This document shows positions 13,311 through 25,666 of a stretch of 64,000 nucleotides of DNA, one piece after another (positions within the stretch are counted from its first letter, which is position 1; every line of letters starts with the position of its first letter). The DNA is taken from NCBI GenBank assembly GCA_030141605.1, contig JAQGDQ010000134.1:186001-250000 (forward strand), in the 5' to 3' direction. Under the pieces are notes generated by a model. The model was not told the origin of the DNA and did not search any database. It saw only the letters and a program-made list of their open reading frames with translations. This stretch comes from Tubiluchus corallicola. Lineage: Eukaryota > Animalia > Priapulida. The translations under genes and the position numbers were made by a program.

Positions 13311-16300
13311 TTAAGCCGACGTGCCAACCTTTTCTTCAACATGAAACATGGCATCAATGTCTTTGAAGTCATAACAAGGCCTCACCAACCTCTCCCCCAT
13401 CTTTCTTGTCACGAGAAAAGCTCCGTGTAATGAGTCATCCTCTGCCAGATGAATGAAACTTTGAGCCATTTGTTCAGGCCTGAAATTAATGTAGAAAATT
13501 GCATGATATTAATGGCATCTAGAACAGATGATAAAACACTTGGTACATGCAGAAGTCAAATATGTGCATTTTGTTCCTGCTTCCATTGTAACAACACATT
13601 CAAGTCCACAATTTATAAGCTTATGATGCTGACACATCACCGACTGTAGTTGAGTAATAAAATCACAAACGTTCATAAGGCATTCAACCAACTTGTCGTG
13701 TGCCGATGCACATTTTTTAGCGGTAGCGCCTGGGAACCGGGTTACAACCTGTGGCAGGACGCTGTTGCTGTGTTGCACAGCTTCAGCTGTACGTAGGTCA
13801 AGTCTGTCAATACTAACCAGCGTAGATGTGGCATTGGAATTTTACATACTGGTTGGAAAAATATTTTGCAGATATTAGATAAAAATTACAGTAGTGTGTT
13901 GAGTCCAAACCTCCACAGTTATTCAGAAATTTTGAATTTATGGCAAAGTTAGCATTTGGCAATAGTAATAATAATTTCTTTTAGAACATAGTCTAGAGAT
14001 AACACCTTAAGTACCTGAATACTTAATTCCAAGGTGGTCCCGATTATTATTACCTGCATGTTACTTTGATAAGCCAACATGCTTGGTTGAAGAACTAGCG
14101 GTACTACTTCTTAAGACTGGTATGACTCGGCTGGGAGTTGAACCCGCGACCTCCTGGTTGGGAAGCGAGCATGCTACCATTAAGCTAAGTCTCTCGGTAC
14201 AATATCATACCGTATCATTATGCGCATGTACAATTTTTTACTAGTACTACTATGTGGAAGTTCGCCTTGAGAAGTTTGCTTATTCTATTTCAATCAAAAG
14301 CTGTAGCGGATAGCCCTATAGGCTGAAGCCTAAGGCCCGGGATCAAAAGGGGCCCGGCAAAATAAAACGAAAAAAATTTTTTTTTGTAAAAAAAAATAAA
14401 TTGACAAAAGAGCAAGGGCTCTTTTTTTCAAAAGTCAGTCACTATATTTCAAATCGGGTTTACACAAATCAAGTTTACACAATTTAAGTTTACACAATTC
14501 AAGTTTTCACAATTTAAGTTTACACAGTTTAAGTTTAAGTTCAAAATTTCAGTTTCCGAATTTTTCTGGGGGCAAAGTCATTTATAATTTCTGAAAAGTC
14601 CATTTTATCACAATCGGTGGGCAAAAACTCACAAAATTAAACAAACTTATAAACGATGAGAGCTCCACAAAAACACGTCAGCTCAGCAGTGTAGCAACAT
14701 TTAAAAGGCCCGTTCCAAGCTCAAGCCTAAGGCCCATAAAATCATAATCCGCCGCTGATCAAAAGTAATAGCTTAGAGCAATTCTGGCTTCTTTTCCACC
14801 CCTTAGAAACTGCCTCAGGAGATTACATGGTCAAAGGCAGTTCTGTATGTTATACATTTTGTTTGCAACATGGGCATGAAAATCTGATGTTTTTCTTATC
14901 CATGTACATTAAAAAGTAATTAATTTAAGCTAACTATTTATAATAAGTTATATGTTTTAAACAATTTATTATTTATCTATTAAACAATTTATATGTTTTT
15001 CTTTTTGTTTGTGAGTTAACAACAGCTTATATATGCATCATTGTTGCAGTGCAGCTGATTCTTTTCATAGCAGCATCACCATGGGAAAACCATTGGCAGC
15101 GGCAGTGTGGCTTGGTGGCGAAATTGACTACAATCAACTCCACTGAATTACAAAATTCTTGCAACACAGGAAAACTAAAAAATGCTATTGTTGGCCCACA
15201 ATCAATAAACTGTAACATATAACCTCGATAAATGTCGTAGAAAAAAGTTTTTAAAATTTTACAGCCCCTCTGAATTGACAGGAGGAAAACTTCGTGTTAA
15301 TTTAATAGGATAAAGGAATACAGGGCCAAACACGACAATATCAAGAAAATCTTAAACTTACAATGCTACTGGATATTCATTATTAAAATAGCGCAATGTT
15401 TTCCGGGCGTGCTTCGCCCATTCGAAGTTTGGCCAATCAGACTCCTCATACTGTGCAGTAGCAGACATGTAATCTGGACAAACTGCGCAGATGCGTACTC
15501 CAGTTCGATCACGGTGGAATTGTGGTGGTGCCCTCTGTTGTAAGAAAAAATTAAGAATGGTTAGATTGTGGACACGTCTTCCGTCATACGCACAATGTCT
15601 TTGAAACAAGCTAGAATATCTCATCATAACAACAGACGACTCTTGCAACAACTTCGGAGATACATAAACTGTCATATATTAACAAGAAAGATAAATTAAC
15701 AAATCAAACTTTACCTACCTTGGATGCTAGTGTGCTGATAAATCCAACCACCCCAAATTTCGTAGCTGTGAAACCCGGTACAATGTCAAAAGGACACAAG
15801 CCTATAGAAGAGGCGACAATTTTAATATGGAGTAATTTCTTTCAAAAAAGTATGCCTGCTTCCACAACTTTTCATAAAATTCATAATGTGTGTATAGCAC
15901 TTTTATCAAATAAATGGAATTTTTGTACTTCTTTCTAACCCATGTGGAGCAGTTCACTTTAAAGTGAACATGCTTGCTGCAGATTTTTGTAGTAGTAGAC
16001 ACACAGTGCTTAAAGTGTAATTATTTAGGTAAGGGGTCTTACGGCGAACAGAATAAGAAACAACTAGGAGGTCTGGGAAAACGCTGTGAGCTGCCCCTGT
16101 GGGGTTCGGGACATATTTTCCTCGATTTTATGCTATTGAGACCTTTAATGGTCAAAAAAGATAGTTTAGTAAGAAATTTTTCAACAGTTTTTCTCCATTA
16201 AGGATACAAACTTTTGGTGTTAATTCAAAAACAGCAACTGCTTTCTAATCAGTGAATTAAGTAGTTTTCAACCACTAGCTTTTATACTAGGCGATAAAAT

Positions 16301-18434
16301 GAGTTAACTCATTATTCTTGTGGATAACTTTTCAAGAAATGTTTTTTTCTTTTTTTCTGTGAAGTTACAACAACAATGAAGTACCCATTTTATCATCTCC
16401 AGTTCAATTTTGTTGACTGAAAGATGGAAATTATGTTACTAACAAGTGTTGAGGATAAGCTTATAGATAATTAAATGGTGAGAAAACTAAATATGCGACG
16501 CGACGAGACATTGTTTTTTCTTTAGGTGCAGGGTCTGTAACTTTAGGTTCCGGGTGTGCAACCCGACAGATCTATGCACTGTAGAAACACATGCTAGCTA
16601 CATGAACTTACCTGCTATTGATGCAGTGTTAATGATCACGCCTCCGTTTCCGCCCCTTTCCTTGCTCATGTAATCATATGCCATGTACGTTCCTGTCATC
16701 ATTGCTTTCTACATAAAAACAGGGGCGTATTAACCAACAGGCAACTAGGTTATAACCTAGGGCGCCAAATTTTAGAAAAAAATTCTTATTCTCCTCAGAA
16801 AATGTCTATACTTTCATACTCATGTAAAGGACACATTCTAACACACCACAGGCAGTTATTGATTACACAATAAACAGTTGCATAGCCTACTTGAATAAAA
16901 GTGCTATGCAAATATATGTAATTAATAATGACCACGTAGACACTAGGTTAATAGTATTTCTAATACATCACAAGTAATTGTTTAATCTTCTCATTACATA
17001 AACTACTATAAATTCACGATAGAAATGGGCGGGACAGAATGATCAGCCTAGGACGTAGTAATATCTGGATACGCCCTTGCATAAAAAGCAACATTAGAAA
17101 AAATTTGATCAGATTAGATTAGCTTACAACTGCCAGGCATTGATCAAAAAAAAGCTAAGCATAATATAAGTAGTCACTGACTTACGACGCATGCAACTTA
17201 CGACTATTTGACTTTATGACTCAATCGCAACTTAATTCATTAATTATACATAACCAACCATAACTCACATTTCTTTCTATTTTTTTAATTAAATTAACTT
17301 AAAATCGCTGCTTGTTTCAATAAATTAGTGTGCGTACACACGCAATGTCTTTTGCGTAGGGGAACACCACTTTTCTATACGGGTCCGACTTGCGTCTAGT
17401 TCATCTCTACAACCAACCAGCCAGAACCGACTATAGTCACATACCTGTATCTACCTGTATAAAAAACCTACCAAATTGATATCGACCATACGGGAATAGT
17501 TCTTCTCATCAATGATACCGGCATTAATACCTACAATGTCCAACTGTCCGTACATTCTTAAACATCGCTGAAAACTAGCTGAAACATTAAAATAAAAGAA
17601 CAATGAGATAAACAGCATTCATTTGTCACTCAAGAACAGGATAAAGCACAAATATTGAGTAATTGTGGCAGAACTGGAACCTTACTCATTTACAAGGATA
17701 ATTGTCTAACATGAACCAGAGAATCTAAACCAGCAAAGGCGTTTGTTTTAATTACATTCAGATGTGTATGTATACCATTCATCATAAAAAATTAGCAGCT
17801 CATGATGATTACCTATCCATTCGTTAACTAAAATCCGTAAAACTTAATTTTCATAAATCTGATACACACTCTGTGAAAGTCCGTTATTCCTCTAGCTAAA
17901 TAAAAACAACATGCGATTACAATTATAACTTTATGTTTCTTCCAAAATGGAATCATGATACACACCATCTTGCTGATCTTTTTCGCAGACATCGGCATGC
18001 ACGAATAGCGCTTTTCCCTTTCCGTATTTCTTGTTCAATTCCGTAACCGTCTTGTGACCTTGACTGAAAACATCTGTGACGCAAACACCCTGAATCATTC
18101 AACAAATTTTGATAACAGAAGCATAAATAGTCAAAATGTTTCACTAATAAAATTATTCTACAACATATATTCATATAAATGCAATAACTAGCAAAAATCT
18201 AGGTCACGACAAAACTGTTTGTGGTGTCTTAGCAATTTATTCTGTCGTAAAGGTAAGTTTAACTAGCACAGAGCCACAGATAACTTACTTGACCTATTTA
18301 CTAAACATACAACCATCATATAAAAACAGAAGAGTTACCAAAGCTCCATTCTGCAACAGAGCTTCAACGATGGCACGACCAACTCCTCTAGAAGATCCAG
18401 TGACCAATGCAACCTTTCCAGCTACGCCTGACAT
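13311..18434 (-). CDS. HPGD: 15-hydroxyprostaglandin dehydrogenase-like short-chain dehydrogenase/reductase (282 aa), catalytic Tyr replaced by Phe
   Basis: Exons (minus): 18434-18339, 18089-17966, 17578-17472, 16708-16612, 15801-15719, 15534-15362, 13479-13311 (TAA); 849 nt, open frame. Translation includes [102 protein letters not shown]. Exon 2-4 lengths (124/107/97 nt) and intron phases match human HPGD as I recall them. Family assignment is strong; strict orthology is uncertain. A probable non-coding first exon has its donor near 19345. Confidence 0.88.
13960..14198 (-). mobile_element. tRNA-derived SINE
   Basis: Minus strand: A-box TAGCTTAATGG and B-box GGTTCAACTCC, then CCGAGTCATACC (resembles the start of the MetaSINE core), ending in an (ATT)n-like tail. 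Stems do not form a valid tRNA. Confidence 0.6.
14301..14757. mobile_element. hAT-like MITE
   Basis: Perfect 8-bp TSD ATCAAAAG (14293-14300 and 14758-14765); imperfect TIR (CTGTAGCGGAT / ATCCGCCGCTG); GCCTAAGGCCC near both ends; internal AAGTTTACACAATT repeats. The uninterrupted site exists in a paralogous sequence at ~19910-20016. Confidence 0.8.
16720..17079. mobile_element. hAT-like MITE
   Basis: TIR CAGGGGCGTAT / ATACGCCCTTG (10/11 match) and perfect 8-bp TSD CATAAAAA (16712-16719 and 17080-17087). Confidence 0.85.
17166..17459. mobile_element. Degenerate Tc1/mariner (Tigger/MER2-like) non-autonomous element
   Basis: Start GTAGTCACTGACTTACGAC..CAACTTACGAC and end ..ACCTGTA resemble TACAGGTAGTCCCCGACTTACG-type termini; heavily decayed. 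Confidence 0.4.
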
Positions 18435-18567
18435 AATTTTCCTAATTTCTGTAAGTTAAATGAAAAATTGCCTAAATACTTGTACAATCACCGGACAAAT
18501 ACTGTACAAACCTTTCAAAAAACTTCAAAAACAAAAGTGAGAAAGGGACAACTCGAAGAGAAAGTGC

Positions 18568-18571
<4 letters not shown>

Positions 18572-18621
<50 letters not shown>
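18572..18621. repeat. (GA)n microsatellite within a purine-rich tract extending to ~18780
   Basis: Direct observation; explains the spurious ER- and SL-repeat ORFs. Confidence 0.95.
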
Positions 18622-18623
<2 letters not shown>

Positions 18624-20133
18624 GAAGAAAGGGTTCGAGAAGGGGAGAGAATGATAAAAGAAGAGAGAAAATGAAAGGTATGTTATGAGGGAGCAACAGA
18701 AAGAGAGAGGCGGGAACAGATAAAGAAAGAACGAAACAGAGAGAGAAAGAGACAAAGATTGAGAGAGAAGGAAAAAGAACTGCTAACATTTAGTTAATTT
18801 TTGTATTTTTCCCCGCGCCAGAGTACAAAATTTTACACTTACCAAGTGGAATTATAATGAAGCTCTTAACAACCTTTCACTTAATAGTATATAACGCAGT
18901 TATTTTTCTAGATGTCCGTCTAAATATATGTCAGTGGTTCTTTTTTTAAACTATCAAAGCAAAAACAAACTTACAGCGAGTTTCTAGTCTACACAGTCAC
19001 CAACATCTGCCAGGAAACACGTCCTATACAAACGCTCACGAATCAAGTTATGCCACTGCCAGCTGGCTCACTGGTACGTGCTGCAAAAACAACAACTTGT
19101 TAATTCTTACCCGCAAAGTGCTACTAGAACAAAGAAATTCATTAAGCAAGAGTAATTAGCAACCAATATTGAAATAAACACGCTAAACAGCGACCAAACT
19201 ACAACCACCAAAGCGCACCAGTGCGCCTTGGATTGGTGGTATACAGTAATAAGCAGTGTTAAAGCGCGCGCGAGACAGGGCTTCATTGAGTACTCTAAAC
19301 ACGCTTATGATAATATAAAAATAAATGAAAAATCATTTGACTCACCTTGTAAGGCTGAAGACAGCTGCGAAATTAATCGTTTTTAACACGTCTACTGTTA
19401 TCAAAATATACGTAATAAGTGAATTGCACCATTTGACATGAAAACTAGGAGACTAAAACCACACTCTGCCTAGATCAACCCTTTACCACGCGTAGCTAGT
19501 TAGTGCGCAGATGGTGGTTGATAAACAAACAATTCTAATGAAGGGCAGCTTGTTCTAGACAAAGCGCTTAGCTTGTAACCAAGGGGTTGAAATCCCGCTT
19601 TTGTCCTGAGGTCAAAGCATTTGGCGAGCTAGATTGTGAGCGGGGCAGACTGCGCACAGCTGTCTGCTACTGATCTACTCGCAATGGACACTGGACAGCG
19701 ATTTCAGTGGTCAGAGGTAGAGCCCGGAAACAACTGTATGGCTACGGCTTACCTAGATGTCCTGGGAATTTTACGTCACTAGGGGGCTGGCTGATCGATT
19801 ATGGGTCACAATTTCCTTTTCTCATGTAAATGACCCCAGCAAATCCAGTGACCATTCAAGACTCTCTAGTACTATGGAGGTATACATACATACAAAGGAG
19901 CTGTCACGCAGTACAATATCATACGGTATCATTTTGCCCAATTTTTTTACTAGTATTACTATGCGAAAGTTCGCCTTAAAAAATTTGCTTATTCTATTTC
20001 AATCAAAAGTAATAGCAAAAGTAACTCCAAGTTAAAAAATGTAGAATTCTAAATTCTGCATAAATCTACAGGAATTTTAAGGAGACTACTACTTTGGCAC
20101 TGATAGAGGGAATCTATTAACATTTTCGCTGAA

Positions 20134-20400
20134 TCAAGTGAAATTGTTGTTAACAGTGAAACAATTTTCTAGTAAAGAGTTCCAAAGAGAAGAGACTCGA
20201 AGAAAAACCGGATATATAAGCTGCTGCACTGGGTATTGGAACGTGCAAGGTAATATATGAGAAACAGCACCAGATATTTGCTGAGAAAAAATAATAGGGT
20301 TGAAAATTGTTGTTATGACATCAGCACATGGAACTTTGTAAATCAGTATATACGTCACAATACAAAAGGATCTACAGATAAACAGTAAAAAGCCTTTCCC
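20134..20400 (-). mobile_element. CR1/L2-type LINE ORF2 3' remnant
   Basis: Minus-strand peptide ..FLRVSSLWNSLLEN.. resembles the R..xLWNxLP C-terminal motif of CR1-clade reverse transcriptases. Confidence 0.4.
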
Positions 20401-22009
20401 TCGATGAAGAGGGTTTTATCCAAAATTTATTGATCCATCATAAACTGAAAACAGTTCGCTGCTTTCAGACTAAAAGACATCTCCAGCTCAACGTTGTAGC
20501 ATTTTTTCCCAAACGCATTCCCCCTCTTTTGTTGACGTGTTTTATCGAAACCTGCGCAGGAAAATTAAACAACACAAACCATGTGTTATATCTAGATTTA
20601 TTCAGTAGCTGGCCAATCGCAGAATCGAACTTACGCTTCCAATCTTTTTACATGGTTATTGAGCAGTTTAGTTGAGGCGCATTCGCAATCTACAGCAGCC
20701 ATGAGATGTGAACGTGTGAGTTTACCATTTCCAAAAGATTCGGCATTGCTACTTCCCTTTAACGAGGCGTTTTTGTGCTATCAATCATTGCTGAGGTACT
20801 TTTTGCAATACCAGCAAAACCAGAAGATGGACTAAAAATAAACCTGTTTAGATTTCTGCTTCACATGACTGCGAAATGTCGAAAATAATTTGTAATTACT
20901 GAATTAATTCAAACGCGTTCGTGTGAACGTCAAAAAATTGACAAATGAGTTTCCATTATAAATATTATTAATAATTTTTCTTTCTCGGTTTGTTCTACTA
21001 AAATAACAAACTGGTATTTAGCCTAGTACAAAATTCACACTAAAACAAATATACATAATTTACGTTTAAAGTGCGCTCACATGCATTCTGTAAACAGGTT
21101 CTTGGTGGTACAGAATTATTTCAATAGTGCTTTAGATAATAATAAGACCATTTCAACATTTATTGCAATGAAACTTTACCATCGTGGTCTTAAAATTATT
21201 TAAAACACTATTGACATTCTTTAAACGAAGTACGATACACAACGATACATGCATGTCTTAAAAAGCTTATGCATGGGTCTTTTTCATATCAGTGCATAAG
21301 AGTTTATAAGATGCCGTACATCTATAGGTGATTTTCATTACGTACATACATACGTATCACTTTGGAGTTTTGCTTCACAATCGTATCATTCATATCAAGC
21401 AAACGCTATATTTTCTCGTGTTCTGCCTCGTATTTCTAGCTTTTAGGTTTTAGCTTATGTAAGAAATAAGACAGCGTTACAGCTTTTCAAGAAAAAGAGC
21501 AAAGTTCTATAACAAGACGCGAGAAAACGTAAGCCTACTCGATGATAGGAGGCATACTAAACCATTTAAAAACTAAAACTAAGTTTCCCCGTCTACTTTT
21601 AAACTCAAAATAGTACTGCTGCAAGAAAGTGACCAAGAAAACAAAACTAGTGTAAAAATTGCTGTCCACTGATTCAATTATGAAATAGCGCAATAGTGAT
21701 TGTGGAAGACTTACACTGCTATTTTCACATACTGCATATTTTTGTTTTTTTTCGCATAAAATTCTTAATAAAGTGATAAAATGATTTTGGACTTTAACAA
21801 TATAATTATTATAATCTACCCTAGCTATGTAGATTACCAGAAAAGGAATTCTTGGTAAGTGCTAAGTAATTGCCTTTTCATATTTTCCTCACACTTGCTT
21901 CTACGTGGAATTTAGTGTCACCATTGTCCTGATTTGAAATTTATCGAGGATCGAGTGTGCTCTAGGCCAAAGTTATCAGTAAATTTGGGTAGTCTCTCAT
22001 TACTCTAAT

Positions 22010-22155
22010 CGTCATTATCATCATCATCATCACCAAAGACCAGCACTACTGCTATTACTGCAACATTTTGCTATCATCTGTAACAATAAGACCATCATCA
22101 TCGCCACTGCTGTCATCATGATCATCATCGTCGTCATCGTCGTCATTATCAGCAT
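22010..22155. repeat. Degenerate (CAT)n/(CGT)n tract upstream of LRR copy A; paralogous tract at ~29990-30180
   Basis: Direct observation; source of the His-, Met- and Ile-rich spurious ORFs at 29865-30240. Confidence 0.75.
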
Positions 22156-22516
22156 TTTATAGTGTCTCTTACCAGAAGAAAAATGCAGGCACAGCTGCAG
22201 AAGGTAAGAGACTCAATAAATAGCTAAGACAAAAAAGTTAATGTTAATGCCTGGGCACATTGCATAGTAATCCTAATATAATGTATGTTTATCGGTCACA
22301 GAAAAACTCCACAACTTACTTTTTACATCAGTAGGTACGCAAACAAATTGACATTTCGTGTGATGTATTAATCAAATCTTATCTTAAATAAATGAAGTGA
22401 CACGACTAACTGCTCGTCGTATAAGTACATTTATGCGAACCAATAGAAGTCCGTGGGTAGACCAAGCTAATCATACCAAAAGTTTAGCAGCATTGCAAAA
22501 AGTGTAATCTATAGTA

Positions 22517-25500
22517 ATGAACATGTTGAAGACAATTCTTACAGTTTTTGCGATAATTTTTGTTCTTTTTGGCCCGAGTCATGGACAAAACTGCCCAGAC
22601 AACGTGGACACGGACAGCGCACCATGCAGATGCTACGAATACAGTACGTCAGAAGTGAACATTTACTGTGAAAGGACGGGTTTGGACGAAGTCCTAGATC
22701 TGCTCAATGGGTAAGTACATTCAATTCAAATGCACAGAGATTGCATTGCAGCAATAATTGAAGAAAAAACTTTATAGATCTGGCACTGCAGCAAAAGCGA
22801 TGTGGTTATCCATTTAATCCTTAGATATAGCAATTTATTATTGTTCATTAACAAAAAAGTTAATGAGTTCACGCTGGGAAAACTGCTTTTTGTGGTTTTT
22901 AGACATGCTGTCTCCAGCCAATTCTCTCACTGGGAGAGGATGTGTACGCATCCATGATGCCTTTGTCGGATCCGATCCTAACTGCCATACAGGCTTATTC
23001 AGTAGTAAAATATACAAAAAATGAACCAGAGACTATGTACTGTAGAAGCTTGCATAATTGGAATGTCGAATTACGCTGTTTTCATTTGTTCCCATAAAAA
23101 GTTTTTAAATACAACAGTACACCATTTGTTTCTAGTTCTGATGGCCTGCTTATTTTTTTTACTTGATGTACTTTACTTTGTGCACGATCTTCGTTAAAAC
23201 ATTGTACCTGTAGGTCTTTTTCGAAAAGAGATCCCACTCTGTTAAATACAGGTTTCCTAAAAAAACAAGCCACGTCACGATCTGTTAAACCTTACTAAGA
23301 AGACGCTTCCAAACCATAGGACCCAATGTAACAATAACTGCAATAAAACTTGATGATTCTGCAAAAAATGCTCGGAAATCATAGCGTCTTTCTCTTGTGT
23401 TTTCCGACTGCCTCTCGAAAAGCGAATTGATTTGGGGGGGGGGGGGGCGGGAGACGAAGATGGATCTAGCCAGCTAGCAGGCTAGATTTTAGCTGAACTT
23501 TGCACTAGCCATCCGGGACAGGATCCAAAAGCAGGGTCCACTGAAACGGTTGAACGGTTAAAGCATAATTCCTCCAGCTATTGGCATACACTTGCCAAAA
23601 ATAATTAATCGTCTAAGATTCTTTGGAGGTGTCTTTTCGATGTTCAGATGTGTATACGTTTCTAACCAATTAGAGAAACAGCCTTGAAAGGCATATCAGA
23701 TGAAAGTGCCTAGAAGCATTTACTCAGCAGCCATCCATCCACAACCAAAACCAGTGTTGCTTAACTTCGTAGATAATATCCCTGACCGCGCTACAAAGGT
23801 AGTTAAATGGTGTATATGTGTATATACAATTCCATAGCCCTGGCGTATTAAAATATAAACATTTTAATATTTCAGGTACAAATTTCGAATGCGAACACTC
23901 GCCATCACAGAAGCCAATATACCAACGTTGCCAGACAATGCATTTGCTGGTCTCAACATCAATACTCTCAGTCTGTATGACTGTGGCATTGAAGAAATAG
24001 AAGTTAATGCATTCGCCGGGCTGGTACTGGAAACCCTGGAACTTGGCAGTAATAAGCTGACTCATATCCCAATAGAGGCACTGTCTAGCCAGAACAGACT
24101 GAAAAATTTGGACCTTTCTGGCAACCTGATGGTCGAGATACCCAGCAAGGTTTTCAACAGTTCAGGCAAACACTTCGAGCGTCTTGAACGCATCAGCTTC
24201 ACGCACAATCAGATTACCACACTACAAGCTGACACGTTTGTAGGTCTTGAGCCAGATTTGGATGAAGTTCATCTGTACAGCAACAAGATTGATGCAATAG
24301 AAACAGGTGCCTTCAACGCACAAAACAGGCTGTTCTTCATATTTCTTGATGATAATGAACTGACGGGTGTCTCAGACAACATGTGGGAAGGGCTTGGACT
24401 GACCGTCTGGTTACACTTGTCGGATAATAAAATTACGGACCTACCACGCTCGTCTTTTCCGACTTTCATCAATAACCTAGACCTTCATGGAAACAAGATA
24501 ACCAAACTTGGTGCCAGAACATTTGCAAATCAATTACTCAACGGTGTGATAGATCTTAGCAATAACATGATCAATAGCATAGACAAAAATGCATTTGCCA
24601 GAAATATACCATTCGAATTAATCAGTCCAGCTCACGTATTCCTACAGAATAATGAATTGACTTCCATAGAAGATGAAACCTTTACACACACGAAACAACT
24701 CTATGAGATTAACCTTAGTGCAAATAAGCTAACAAAGATCTCTACAAAATTGTTTACAGGGGCAGATAGAATAGGCTTTGTTAACTTTCAGGATAATGAA
24801 ATTACTGACATCGAAGCAGGTGCTTTTGAAAATAAAGAACGCCTGCACCATCTTTTCCTCACTCGCAACCAACTGATGGAGATTGACAATAGCACATTTG
24901 CCTCAACTCCTGGCCTGCGGCAATTACATCTGGGGGAGAATCAGATTACATCCATACATGAAGATGCCTTTAGTGGTATCAACCATTTAGGTATTCTCTT
25001 TCTGAATGATAACAAACTGACTGCCTTGGACAGAAAGACATTCGTTTCTTCTGCGAATTCCATCCAACAACTCTGGCTGCAAAATAACAAGCTTGACGAC
25101 ACCATCTGGACTGCACTTACAGACATAACATGGAGTCTTTGGGACATAGATCTCAGTAACAATGCACTGCACACAATACCTGATCATGCTTTTAACGACA
25201 AGCAACAGCTGAATCATGTGTTGCTTAGTAACAACGAGATTTCTAGTGTTGGCAAAGGAGCATTTCGTAGTCATCTAGTAGTGGACTTGACCAACAACAA
25301 CCTTTCTACAATGAAGGCTTCAAGTTTTCTTTACGGGCACTCTGCAAAGCGGCTAGTACTGGAAGGTAACTAACCTATAATAGTCTAAAATTTTCAGAAA
25401 AATACTACAATTTCTCAGGTGATCAAATACAAATGCAGGCAGCGATCTAAACAACCAGGACCGCTATCAAGGGTGACATCTGAAATGTCAGCAAACGACT

Positions 25501-25623
25501 TTAGGCCATCGACACTTGAGTACAAGACATTTATGTCAGGTTAGACTGTCAAGTTCTAGTAGTGATTAGGATATTATGTGTATTTGTAATTGTCCGCTGG
25601 TAGTCTTGTTTCAAATGTATGTG

Positions 25624-25666
<43 letters not shown>

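Noticed and set aside
13509-13878. Cys-rich ORFs in the last intron of the HPGD-like gene
   Set aside because: No recognisable motif and no convincing in-phase splice sites; the gene model is complete without them.
14118-14198. Possible tRNA gene (minus strand); similar A/B-box traces at ~812-880, ~9190-9255, ~19545-19600 and ~47370-47440
   Set aside because: A and B boxes are present but acceptor and anticodon stems do not pair properly, and there is no clean tRNA 3' end; better explained as SINE heads.
18468-18789. ER-repeat and SL-repeat ORFs
   Set aside because: Translations of the (GA)n microsatellite.
22903-23012. Possible extra exon in LRR copy A intron 1
   Set aside because: No counterpart in copy B, and exon 1 splices in frame directly to exon 2 in both copies.
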